Positions 49,177 through 62,410 of a DNA stretch of 64,000 bases are shown piece by piece (the stretch's first letter is position 1; every line of letters starts with the position of its first letter). The position numbers and the translations under genes are program-made. The stretch covers positions 1,237,277 to 1,301,276 of the forward strand of contig NMRA01000015.1 in assembly GCA_002633005.1 (NCBI GenBank), read 5' to 3'. This DNA comes from Phoronis australis (lineage: Eukaryota; Animalia; Phoronida). Under the pieces are notes generated by a model. The model did not search any database, had not been told where the DNA came from, and saw only the letters and a program-made list of their open reading frames with translations.

Positions 49177-51667
49177 NATGTATGTATGTATATTATTAGA
49201 AAACACTAGCTTTCGAACCTTAATGGGCGTGGCTCTTTATCAGTGTGAAAAAAGTCTTTCGCGCCACTTGTTTTTACACCTCATGAAAAGCCGCACCCAC
49301 TGCATCCAGGCTCGAAAGCTAGCGCTTTTTGATAATACATATTTTAACCGGATTTTAGAGAGTTTTATCTGCTTTTACATTGTCTTTTAGAGATACACAC
49401 TACTTTAATATTTTCATTTCAGCATAGACTTAAGTAACTCTCAGTAAAGATATGTTATGACGACGTACCCTATAACAGGTGTTCTCGTCGTTTTTTATTC
49501 ACGTCTTTCTTAGACAAAAAGTCACGTGTCATTACTTCTATCGCTGACAAACCATGTGTTTTAAACAAGAGTATGGGACTGTTTCGTAAAAAGTAACTTA
49601 ATGATCAGAAATTTGGAGTTGTGTTTCCACTTTGTTATTTCTGAATAAAGTTTTTGCAATAACCGTTAGCACGTGACACTTAAGCAACTTATCTGATTAA
49701 CTGGCAATGCTTGGTGTATCCTCCGACACTTAGTTTGTACTTTGTTGTATGGAACTTAGATAATTTTCCAAGTATGGTTATGTGAAGTGTCCTACGCCAT
49801 TATGCAACAGAGGAGAAAATTTTCAACCAGGTGAAAAATTCAGTGTACCAATCTGTCACCTTTTGCTAATAAGTTGGAACGATAATTATCCCTTTGGCGA
49901 TTGACACAATGAGTAGATTTGTTGCTTATTTTAACAATTATCTCTCCCGGCCGGTCGTTTCAACACTCAGAGTTGTCATGATTAAGCCCTCAGTCCCAGT
50001 CAGAGACTCATAATTCTCTCTTTGTCAAGCATAAAAATTAAGACGGTATGCAAAGCAATCACGTGCTTAAAGCCAACACGAATAATGGATTTGGTTTTTT
50101 GGTCAACTTTAGACTGTTTTAAACACGAATCTTGCTACGAACTGGTTGCACAAAATACACATTACTCAAAGAAGCAAGTTCGCGCGCGAACACTGACCAA
50201 AGAGTGTAGTACTACACTCCTTGCCCTGACCAATAGGCGATTAGTTCGAGTCCTTGCAATTTTACGAATCTTCCATTTTACACATATTCTCAGTGTTTTT
50301 ATTATACCTCAGAAATAAAGAAAGTGTTTGTTTTCAGATGCAAAAACAAAATTTTCCCCTGGGCTACCTTCCCCCCCCATTCGGTGCTACGCGCCTCTAC
50401 GAGACAAATTGTTGCCCCCCCCCTATGATTATATCCTAGATCCGCCACTGAAATAATAAGATATCAACAGCTTCATGACTATTCCCAAACAGCATAGTCT
50501 CAGCCTATGCAAATTTGTTGTTTGCAATCCTGAAGATCTATTGGCTGCTCAGTTAAAATACAAACTAAATGATAAGATTTGTCACAATTCAATTTCGGAC
50601 GGTTCAACTTGTTATTAACTGTTTTGGATTCCCTTTGAAGCCTGCATCGACAACACTAGGCACCACTACAAAATGAAAGAGACACCGTTCTGACACATAC
50701 TGTGCACGAATGTCGCAGCGCGTCTTCGTTGTTTCCCGTTTGCTGTTAGGCGGGTTCCCTGTTCTCGGTTGCATGAAACAGTCCTGAATAGGCACTCAAC
50801 GTACTTTGTTTAATCAACATTTTTTGTGTTTCTGCCATTCCTTACTCACAGATGTAATCTTTTTCACCCCTTTTATATTGACTGTGAGCTCCCTTTTGAC
50901 ATCTTCTAGTAATATAGCTACAAACTGAGTCATGTTGAGGCGTCTCATAACAACGATTACCATTTACAGGGTACTTATAATGTCTCAACTGAATCACAAG
51001 CATCAAACAGCTGCTTGCCTCAGTTTCAGTAGAACAAACCAATCAGTCAGCTCAAGAGGTAGTTGAAACTACAGAGACAACCAAACGCATATTTTCTGAT
51101 TTGGAATTCTACTGTTTTGAGCAAAGAAACTCGCCAGGTTTGACGCCGTGATGAGACTTCACATTAACAAACAACTATTATCAAACCCGGAAATTAAGCA
51201 GCTTAATTCTTGTTCTGTTTTTGGTTATATTTGTACTTTGTTTGGGCTGATCCGGTTGTTAAGTGTGTGGACAGAGTTCCAGTAAAGGAAGAAATATCGA
51301 ACGCAATCATTTACTACGATAGTTCCTTTGGATTCGTCCATGCCTTCAATGGTCTTGCCCTACACGCAGTATCGCGTACTAGTCCTCCGTGCATTCAAGT
51401 GCACAGTCATGCAACACAGCAAAAGCTAAATGATTTTAGAGCGACTGATGAATATGTGCACTCGCAATATGGCAGCACATATCGATAATAATGCCGGTTA
51501 CGACAACACCCCACTCCAACGCCCCCCTCCCCTGCGTTAATGAAACTGGTTTGTGATACGAAAAAAGAAATACATGAGTTTGATAGTGTCAACAAATAGC
51601 GAAACACCGTGACGGTTATCAAAAATTTCAAAAGAATGACAGATCAGAAACAACTATGTTGACTAAA

Positions 51668-51834
51668 CAGTGGCGGATTTAAGGGGCGGGGGTCAAGGGG
51701 GCCGTGCCCTCACCCTACACTTCTCCCAGATTCCATTTGGCAGCACGGGGGTGCGAATGTCTGAAGGGCAAAATCGTTGCTAATATTCTGCCATTCACCC
51801 CCCTCCCCAACTCAAAATCCTGGATTCGCCCCTG
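51668..51834. mobile_element. MITE CAGTGGCGGAT...ATTCGCCCCTG
   Basis: TSD CTAAA; related inverted copy at about 11101-11245. Confidence 0.8.
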
Positions 51835-52205
51835 CTAAAGAGCATTAGCTGAAGCGGAAGGAGTATCGGAGTATCTTAGTAGTTTATGGCGGATATTTTA
51901 TGTCGTGAAAACGTTGCACGAAATAGATTTGGGAGCTACATTTCCTTCAATTACATGTCCGATAAGAACACGCGAGAAGTGCGCTACAGTTTGATACCTT
52001 TTGACAGGAAGTTGTGGCAGCTTGAGCACCTACCACTCACGCTATTGACCGTCACGACATTGCTAACTGTGAAGTTGTTCCGCTTTAGCATACGTAATAG
52101 CGCAGAATCTCAATCTGTTTTCGTACTGCAGTTTGTTTGAGGTTTCGAAAAGGTATTCAGTCATGCTATGGGGTCGGGAATCGTCAAATCTTCGTTTCGC
52201 GCTTA

Positions 52206-53480
52206 TAGTCTAGTCAAAAAATGGCCCTCCATGCACCCCCCGGACTCCAACTTCAAAGTTGCATTTTTATGAAGAAAATTAAGTGTGAAAACGGAAAATT
52301 ATGTTAAAAAGTCAAAAAAATGTCCCACACGTGTTTTTATGCAAAGTATTGCCACCATTACCGATTTTGCTATATTTCGCAACATCTCGATTATTTCATA
52401 TAATTGAAAGTGCTAAATGTCTGGGCTTATGTTTTGTGGGTCAAGCATTACATTAGAAATACAAGTATGTGATAAAAGTTATCTAATGCATTTCACCGGT
52501 ACAAAACAAACAATATATGGAATTGTAATGCTGTGTGAGGCATGAAAATTCGCTATTTTTATTCAAATTCAGAACTTTGATGTAGACGGCATGAATGAAA
52601 ACAAACTGCGCCATTATTTTTAGGCTCCAGCCCAACCAAAAATATATTTTAGGCTCACTAAATGAAACAAAAGTTCTCATCTTTTATGAAGAGGAACATT
52701 GTTTCCAAGACAGTCACGTGAAATTGGCCTGCATTCGAAATTTAGGCAACTGTCTAGGCAGATGTAAAAATCATGCCTAAAAGAAAACGAGGTCGAAGCT
52801 TATCTACTGAAGCCAAAGATCAATCTCTACCCGTATGCATTCTTCGTTTATATTCTGTAAATGAACATGGCACTTATACAGCGTTACACAATGTGAGAGG
52901 AACAGGAATGCAAAAAATACAGCAGCTTAAAACACGCATCGTCCAACAAAATAGTATCAAGGTTTTACTTCGAGTATCTAAAACGGAACGGGTATGGGAA
53001 TCTGAGGTACCGTTCTGAGAAACTGTTGAATTGTTTCAAAACAGGTCCATTGCAAAACCAGGTTAACTTCACAAACATTGATAGAGGTGACACTATCTTT
53101 TTGCCTGTTTCATAGATGAAGTAGTAACCGTGACTTCTACTTTAGCGCAAGGATAAACTTACGAAAACTGCGCTCACTCTTCGAGGTGACATTTTGAAGG
53201 CATGCAAACCATTCAGCAGAACTACCGCGGCCATTAACGGCCGATTATATGGAACTTGTTACTGTAAAACTTTTGCCTCCAGAAATCATCCGATTTCTTA
53301 ATTTGTTGATGACTATGGTTGAAGGTCTCAACAAAAGTGAAAATTTCAAGAGACTGATTTCCTCTAGTGGACAAGATGTATGTCATGCCGTCACAGACGG
53401 AAAAGGGAAGTTACCGTCAAAGCATGTACTTCTCTGTGGGACCATCAGACAATCGTTTCGAAGCAAACAGCTTACTACTA
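52206..53480 (+). mobile_element. Decayed Academ-like DNA transposon (left end + transposase fragment)
   Basis: TAG-starting terminus; RLISSSGQDVCHAVTDGKGKLPSKHVLLCGTIRQSFRSKQL resembles the SIxQDI..V..G...PKH..L...RS motif. Confidence 0.6.
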
Positions 53481-53764
53481 TGACTTTGTACCTTCAGTAC
53501 GTCGTCTCACTTGGGTACAGAAACGCCGTCGTCAGAACCCCTCATGGGCGGCGCAGCACTGAAAAAAGTGGGGGCTAAAGCCCCACAGCCCGCTGTTGTG
53601 CACCGCTTAGTTATAGACCATGGACGGCAGGGTTTCCCCTGCGTGTAAATTTCTGGGCGGCCCGCCACGCTCCTTTTTGGCCCCACCACTCGTAAATCAT
53701 ACTCAAATTGACCGCCACACACCTAATCGTGATGGGGAAACTTCACCGCCACGCAAAAATCGTT

Positions 53765-53881
53765 AGTAAAAATGATCGCTAGTAAAAATGATCGCCAGTA
53801 AAAATGATCGCCAGTAAAAATGATCGCTAGTAAAAATGATCGCTAGTAAAAATGATCGCTAGTAAAAATGATCGCTAGTAA
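53765..53881 (+). repeat. 16-bp tandem repeat x7.3
   Basis: AGTAAAAATGATCGC(T/C). Confidence 0.95.
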
Positions 53882-54732
53882 TTATGAATAAGTAGAAGTC
53901 ACACGGCACCTTTCGGGAAAAATAATAATTTTACAATGGCAGTGTTTCCCCTGGGTTTTGCAAGGAGCGTGGCAGTGGCCAAAACGGGGTGCAAAGCCCG
54001 TTGCCGTACGCGAATATGAAAAATGGCATCCCCCTAGTAGCTGGGTTTCGAAAGAAGCGTGGTGGTGAATGCTCGACGCGGATGCGGAACCCGGCACCAC
54101 ATGCGAGCATGGGATGAAGTGAGATCCTCCCATGAGGGGGTTGGGAGAGGACTTCCCCGCAGGCAAAATTTGAAAATTAGATGTAATTGGATGCAGTTTG
54201 CTCATCATAGACAAGACCTTAACCCGAGCATAATGTAGTGTCCGGCACAGTGTGATCTCTGTTGCACTTGAGTACAAAAACAGCGTTAAAATTCAGTTAT
54301 CCACGAAGTGACAATCATAGAACAAAAAATTATTGAACTTTGTAGACGTTATAAACTAATTCGTGTAACGAAACCTACGTTGATACCGTCTTGCTAAACA
54401 TAAATCAGTGATAGTGGATTGGCGTTGGCCGGTGTAGCAGACGTTGTAATAATCCAGTCCAAGTAGACGAATCTGAGACTGGTTAACATTCAATATCGTC
54501 ATTTTGGCGCAGGGCTGAGGTTGATTAAACAGTTGGATGTCACGCCCTGCAGTATACTTCACAATGTCTTTTGTAAACTCGCACACGATAAAAATGAATG
54601 AAGCAGAAATCTTACTGTTTCTTACTTCATTAGCGAGCCCAGGCGCTTTCCCGTTTTAGAAAATTCGTATTGAAGTCGTTGCCAGGTCCCCGGCTGTATT
54701 AAGTACATATGCATTGTCGGATAACCAGGCAA

Positions 54733-54803
54733 AAACGAGGTACAAAAGGAGATTGGGGATTGAATGAGTCATTCAATCCCCAATCTCCTTTCGTACATCG
54801 TTT
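54733..54803. repeat. 35-bp-arm palindrome with 1-nt spacer
   Basis: Inner 23 bp perfect, 2 mismatches overall. Confidence 0.95.
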
Positions 54804-55811
54804 CTAACTTGACTCACGTCTGGGGTTTTCGTGGATGAATTCATGCAATTTATCGCACTGCAAAATGCATCCTTCCCCATTGTTTTGGCGCTTCTTGGTT
54901 GACAGTTGCTTAGTCACCACTTGGCGGCGCTAGTAGTAGCGGTAACAGCGAACTCACAAGTGAACTCTCCTTATTCTACTACACTCGTTGGTGTTAGCCA
55001 GATGGAACCCACCAGTGACAACAAATGTCTAGACTTGACCAGGCGAATACACGTGTTGTTGGTCCTTTTATATTAGGGAAAAATGGGAAACGAACAACAG
55101 GACAATGACATGGTCGAATAAAGTTGATGAATGTAACAACTGAATAACATGCCTATTATTCAGTGGATTAGACAGTGACCACCGTCTCCAGCTGCATGGC
55201 CCCAGTAGAGACAGTGAAGCTCTAGGAGTTACATACATTGAAAGATTTTTGGTGAATTATGCCTCACACTGATTGAAACATCAAAGTCGTGTTGTTATAA
55301 GTACATTTTGCGCATAGAGGGACACATTAGGTGCCCATTGATCTCTTTAATTTCTTCCAACTCAAACAAATACTTCCGATCAGTCCTTCGTTCAGTTGCC
55401 CAAATCGCATGACCCTGAACAAGGCCATCTATGTACTATTATAAAAATCAATTAAACTTTGGCTTTGTTTGAGGTGGTATTTTGTGATCTAAGGCATAAC
55501 AGCAATCCTTGATTAATAATCATTTAATCCTCTCTTTTGCGAATACATGTCATCTTGCAGTGGGTATAGAGACTAACAGTCTCTATAGCCTGTTAGTGCT
55601 AGTCTTGCTACTCTAGCAGCCCTACACAACTACCTAGTCTTGCGGTTGTTTATGTTGACTGACAGTCTACGCATCTAACCTGTTAGTCCTACTTTTGATA
55701 CTCTCTGCAAGGCTAACTGTGTAGTCTTGTGGTTGTATACACTACATGCTGATAGTTAGTATACCTTGCTAGTGGTAGTCTGGATATTCCCAACTAGGTG
55801 GTTTGTATTAA

Positions 55812-56888
55812 TTTACCCTGCGCGTACAAGCGCAGAGTACTGTTGTTCCTGGGTTTTCTTCAATTTTATTCTTATTCTTATTACTCTGCGCGTGTAAGCG
55901 CAGAGCACTGTTGTTCCTGGATTTTCTTCAATTTTATTCTTATTACTCTGCGCGTGTATGCGCAGAGTACTGTTGTTCCTGGGTTTTCTTCAATTTTATT
56001 CTAATTCTTATTCTTCTTCTTATTCTTCTTCCGACCAACTTTGAGGCTTAATAACTCCAAATTGGGTGCAGATATGTTCTTTAAATTCTGCATGTGATTT
56101 TTGGCAGTACATAAGTTTTGATTCGTTATATAATCATATTCCATATTGCACCGGAAGAGGTCATTTGGTGCAAAGGTCATGTAATTTTCAAAATGCTACT
56201 CCTTCTTTATTTCAAAAGCTATTCTTTTCAAATTCGGTACACAGGTATAAGTCAAGAAGGCAATTTAAAAAATTACTTTTCTAAGTAATCGGGTCATCCA
56301 ATCAGGTGAAATAGGTCAAAGGTCGTTAGGTACAAACTAAATTTTTGATCTAGACACTTCAAATAAACAGGTCTGATTGGCACAGGAAATTCAATTCGGA
56401 ATCCAAAGTTTCAGGTCATTTAGTGCAAACATGGGGTCATTAGGTGCATTTTTCTTCTGAAATCTGAGCTAGAGATTTCAAAATTACATATCCGTTTACT
56501 AAGTGCGATTGAGTTTGAATTCTAAATTTTCAGGTCATTTGGTGCACCCATGGGGTCATTAGGTGCAATTTTCTTCTGAAAGTTTGACCAATTCATTCAT
56601 CTTGCATTCTGACGTGCTTAAAGTACATCTGTGATTTTTAGCATTAACCCCACTTTTAATCGAGTTAACAATTACTCCCTCATCGGGGCTCATAATTCAC
56701 CGGAAGAGGTCAATTAGTGGAAAGGTCATCAAAATATTAACATGTTATTTTTCCTACAATTTTAAAGTCGGTTAGAATTCTTTTTCAAATTGGTTAACGG
56801 GTTGCTGTCTGTAACTTCCCATAACAATTCGTGTAATACACACGCGCAGAGTCTATTATTGTCACGCCGTGACAATGATCTTTCTAGT
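55812..56888 (+). mobile_element. Second Helentron-associated family with triplicated 5' end
   Basis: 5' tactctgcgcg..cgcagagta x3 + (TTC/TTA) tract; 3' gcgcagagt + hairpin attattgtcac-gcc-gtgacaatgat + ctttctagt. Confidence 0.75.
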
Positions 56889-59800
56889 GTTGCACCAGCT
56901 GTGACAGACAAGCATTTGTGGACTGCTCCACTGACAACTGCTAGCACTTTCTTGCATAGCAGCGAGTTACTAGAAGGTGCTGATTAAGACAAATGAATTG
57001 AGAAAGGGTCACTTGACCATGACGCATTCAAAACAACCCAAGATTGCTGAAAACGAAGAAGCCCTCGCCTTACATCAACAGCAGCTACCCATTCTAGCTT
57101 TGGATAATGGCATATTATAGCATTCAGTAATGTTAACAACAACAGAAAGTGTATTGCTTTTTCCAAGATATCACTGAGCAGCCAAGTGCCAACTCACGTT
57201 AACATGGATTTGATGTTATGTTGTAGAACAAAAGATATGTGTTGGAAATTTTCAACTTGCTGATTCTTATGTATTCTGGCAAGCATTTTGCTACTCTCAA
57301 GGCCTTGTGTACCGACATACCAGAATTGACCTATCGCAAGCTCCGCCCCCTTGCGTCAATGTTGACTAATAAACAATAAGTTTTATCCTGCAACGTGTTG
57401 TTTGTCAGGTATTATGGCAGCTTGGAAACGAATGTGTGTCAATAATTATGAGTTCTAAATGGTCAGATAAACCGTCACTCAAAATCCTGGCGATAGGTCA
57501 ATTCTGCTAGCTGTCAATGATCACAGCAGGCCAGTCCTGTAAGATGAAGCTGGCAGTGCAAGGTTATTAATATAGCTGCGCCAAACATGCATTTTGGCTA
57601 CTTGTGTGGCAACAACTCAGTATTCAACAGGAGTTTAACACTAAATTGTAAGTGGCCATTTGCGGGGTAGTGCTAAAATGAGTGATACTTTATGACTCTG
57701 CTAGAAACAAAGGGGCAAACACAAAATTGAGATGAGAAGACGTGGGAAGGCCTTTTCCGTCTGCAATGAAAAAGCCATGCCACGTCCTGTTATGTCCCCA
57801 AGGCTACATCAGTGCAGCTTATGGCAAAAAGACCACCTGCAATGCTTCTAAGAAAGTTGAATTTGATTGTCCTTGTATGGGAGATGATTAAAATAACCAA
57901 AAACTAATGTGACATATGAATTAAAAATGTCCCAGTGTGCTCATGCCCTGTGTGGGTGTGCGTGTGTGTGTATTTTCATCCACGTAATGTTTCCTTCTCT
58001 TTATCAACAAGTGAAGTCTTTGTAACATAATTATGAACACTTACATGTTTTAAGTGTCCTCTACCTCACGTTAGCACAAAGCGTGGGACCTAGTATTCAT
58101 GACCATCTGTCCATACCTATGTCGCATGATATCTCAAGAAAGAAGTTTTGTTTGTATTTTGTGCTGAAGTTTAGATGAGGCATCTCCAGCCAATTTTGAC
58201 AGTCTTGACTTTGAATTCATGGTCACATTTAGAAAATCAAGATTTTACTTGGAAAACGTTTGTGCATGCAAATTGTGTATTTGCACAAAGGTGTAGGTGG
58301 CCTATCTCCAGGTATTAGTCACATTTTGAAGGTCGCAACTGGTAATTGCATAGTACTGAATGCCGCATCTAACCGAGCAATCAACCGAGGGGTTACTTGT
58401 TGCCTAAGGTCACTGTAGCATTTTCATTTCATTGACCTAATAGACATGAAAATACATCTGTTATTTTTGTGTTCACAAAGGTTGAGAGATACTTTCATTA
58501 AGATTGTTTTCAAAATCATTACTCTTTAAAATTACGAAAGCCTTGAAAATTATCATATCCTGATAGGCATAGCAGTGACACAGCTTTGAACATTGGGTGA
58601 CCTATGAGTTCACAGTAACATTGCACACCATAATAGAAATTTGACTTGGTCTCATAGAACTAGTCAAGAGTCATTGGTCATTGATGCCCTCATTAATTGG
58701 AAAACTCATTTTGAACGCCCTATTCTATAAATCGTGTATGAACCAACTGCTAAACGCTAATATGTGGTGGGGAACAATTCAGCCACCCTGTGACAAATGC
58801 TGTTAATATGTGTATTATTTTCTCTTCTTTAAATGTGTGAAACTCTAATCACTTAATTAACCATATGTAGTATATTTTTACATTTTGAATAACAAAAACC
58901 ATGTTATCCAGTGTTTAAAACCACTTCGAAAAAGTTTCTAAAACACCGAAAGAGGTGCATAATGTACTAATTGTTTTTAGAGTTTCATAAGTTTCACACT
59001 CTTCATGTTTCAGGGTAAATCAATGCTTCTGCATTCCTTTTTGTGTCTGGCAATAAAATTGAATCATTCGTTATTCTTTTTAAGGGAGCAACTTATCTTC
59101 AACAAGAAGAGCAGGAGATGGTTGTCCATTCCGGTGAAGGCTTGTAAGAGCTATGACTGTATCAACGAGCTGATTATTGTGAAAACCCGGTTACAAGACA
59201 TGTCAGACATGCACTGCCTACATGAGCATAAAAGCAAAATGACTCCCGCTTGTTGTCTGACAACATTGCCGTCTTCGAATGATTGCCATCAGTAGAAGTC
59301 AATGCATCAAAGAAGCTGCCTGACGGACGTTATTTAAGATGACATGGCCACTGGGTGTAATTCAGTCATGTGCCCTAGTTTGTTGCAGAGGATCATCTGG
59401 TACTGCAGTTTGGCTTGTAGTCATGATATATCCAGTTATGCAGAAGTTATCATGTTCAGTCAGGCCGTTGATCTTCATACACAGCCATGGGTAGTTTATG
59501 TAGTGTCAATTTGGAAACCGTCAAGGCTTAAAATTTTCCTCTTTTAAGAGGATTTACTCTCTTTTGGTTTCGATTTCCTCTTATTACATTTCCAATTTTA
59601 TCTTTATGTCTCTTTTTGATCATTATTTTGACTTTTATGATACCAACATTTTCTATCAAGCACCCTAGTATTAATTTGTGAAACGATGCATCACATGGAA
59701 CATTTTCCTTTTTTGTCATTGGTCATTCCAAGCCCTGAATCTTAACTGTGTGCAAATAATTTCTTTATAAAGCATTTGGTTTACAAAGGCACTTTCTACA

Positions 59801-61544
59801 TTGTGAGTAAGATACAACTGGTACTGGTGTTACCTGTTTTAACTTGTATTACCATTGGATAGTTTTCTTGATTCTTAACTACTTTCTCTTCCAAATGTGT
59901 AGTCTGTGGTTTGTCTTCAGGTGGTTCATTGAGAGACAGTGTTTACATACTTTTGGCTGTCAAGGGTCACCAAAAAACTTGTGTTACGTAAAATTATGTA
60001 TGCTTTTTCAGAGATGTTTTACTGCTTAAGCAATTCACATTTATTTTAAAAACCTGCATTTAGACATCTTGAATTTGAGAGTGATGGTGATGAACATTAC
60101 TGTATTTGCAATGGCTGCACTGTTGGGTTAGAAGTTGTGTTTGTAAGTAAGGTGTGTTACATGAGTAGCCGATTACTCGCGATAAGTCATTGCAAAAACC
60201 ATGGAGCTTTAAATCAGAAAATGTTGCAACTTTTGATTACGGGCCATGGCCAAACAACCAGGAAACCATGTGTGATAAAAGGACACACTGTTTTTGATAA
60301 TTTTTCCAATCCTCATTCTGTCACCAGCTAATACATCATTGGCGTTAATCAGGAAAGACAAAAGCAGGAATCAACTAAAAACTCATACCCCTATCTCACA
60401 AATTAGACATTATGGTCCTTGGTCGGTGGTCTTTCCCACAGTTGCGTGTAATTCGCTAAAAGCGCAGGTGATACTTTTACTGTTTAGCAGACTTGAAATT
60501 TTCCTCCAGGTTTTGAGGGTTGTCGATAGTTACAAAGCATTAATCTGTTGCAGAGAACTGGGTGCTAATTTGCTTTTAGAATAATCAAATATGCAAAAAC
60601 CGGGTTTGCTGTCCTTCTGAGTAAGGTTTATTTTTTGAAGTCTTTGTCCCTAGTCTAACTATGAAACATAATTTTTGAAAAGTTCAATCCATGACTAGTT
60701 TTTTGAAATTGGGGCCTGTTGGACTACATGACTGTAACTAATTTAAGAATGATCTAGGTTCTTGTTGCAAATCAAAATCCAAATGGACTTTTCATATTAT
60801 GCTAAAAAATAAAAGTTCACACTGACAGTTGTGATGTTTGTACATTTGTTGCTTTAGTTTTCTTAGAAATTGCGTTTGTTGTCAACGCACATGCTTCTAA
60901 AGTTTTAGACATTACAATTCAACCTCAATTTAAGTCCTTTATAAACGGTATTCCACTGTTAAAAACATGAAGTTTTTGGTAGCTGAATTTATTTCAGTAT
61001 AACATAGATATTAGCCAACAAAGAACTATTTGAAATCATGTCTGGCTTTTATTTCGGATGGTCCATACCTCCGGTGTTAAAAGTAAAATAAAATTCTGAG
61101 ACAATGTACTATTTTACCAATGAGGCATAAAATAAGAGCAAATGTTCAGACTAATTGTCACACTCCTACTACTTATACTTCAAAATGGCTGATAAAGATT
61201 TCTCTTGTTCTTAAAATCCACTGAAGTATTCCCATGCAATTCACACATTTGATGCCTAAATAATGCATTTATGAAATGTTAATAATGAATATTTTTTGGG
61301 GAAAATATCAACAGTGGTTGACAGTTAACATTATAGCCTCTGGATCAATTCTGAAACGTTTGGAACAAGTTATCTGACACTCCTGTTTTTTGGTGGTCAA
61401 CATAAAGTTGTGGCGAAGACCTCCCACTTTGAATCACAGAATTACTCGGGTGACAACGCGATTTTAGCACTAAGAGTGAAACGCTTTCATCTCACAGACA
61501 AAGTAGCAATGTGCACAAGCAGGTTTCAATGCTCAGCTACAATT

Positions 61545-62410
61545 GTGTAGTATGTATGTACCAATGAGTCTGTGAATATTTTTGTCCAAATACAATTGGG
61601 CAACTCTGTCCACATGTCTCCCAAGATGTCCATGTTGCCCCAAGATAAAGTTTCTGTATGCCTGATGTCAGACACATTCTGATCAGTCCCTGGCTTCAGT
61701 GTCATCACATTTCGTTGCACTTTGTCAAAGGCAGGTACACCTTCTCCAGGTAAAACACTTGGGAATCCTGAAAGCGTTGGTAAAATATATTTTAATGCGA
61801 TTTCGGCATTCCTGCAGATTTGATAAGGAACATTTGTCTCTTGCAAATGAATTATAAACAACTGGCTGATGGGGGTTGACATCCTATATTGGACAATCAA
61901 AACGTATAGAATTATTTTCATTATTGCTGACTGAACTCACCATTACTTTTATAAATTGACATTTGGTTGGTTTTGGATGGGATTTCCTACAGAGATTTGA
62001 TTTGAGTTCTTGGCCAAATATTTGTTTTTCTTCAAAGGTGATTTGAATTGTATGTCTGTATATCTGTTTAAACCAATTGAAGACTCAAAACTAAAGTAGC
62101 TATAGGAGTCTGTAAGATGTTTCCCATTGATATATGTAGTCAGTACTAAAAACTTCGTAGTGATTAAATTTTTATACAACCGTTTGGCGAATACTTACTG
62201 GTAATAATGAAACACAGTTAGCAGCTTGCTGCCCACAGCACAGTTTTATTTCCGGTTGGCATTTCTTGACACCTGTGACACGGGCACCATGATGGATCTT
62301 CTGATGGTGCTGGGTAATGATCCAATGAAGTGAGCTTTGGTAGCCTAAATTCTAAACTCGGGTTCTTGCTTGGCGACATCGAACAGTAGGTCTCTCAATT
62401 CCTTCTTTTA
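61545..62410 (-). pseudogene. Decayed, intron-containing P2X7-ballast-like (KolX-type) gene
   Basis: WCPCHRCQEMPT..LCCGQQAANCVSLLP|gtaagt (62199-62300), then ttcag acceptor near 61768 and HQAYRNFILGQHGHLG..LPNCIWTKI; frameshifted. Confidence 0.7.

Noticed and set aside
53765-53881. Possible CRISPR array
   Set aside because: Contiguous 16-mers with no unique spacers, no cas genes, eukaryotic context
61526-61921. 131-aa ORF as an intact gene
   Set aside because: The recognisable motifs switch between frames, so it is a frameshifted pseudogene
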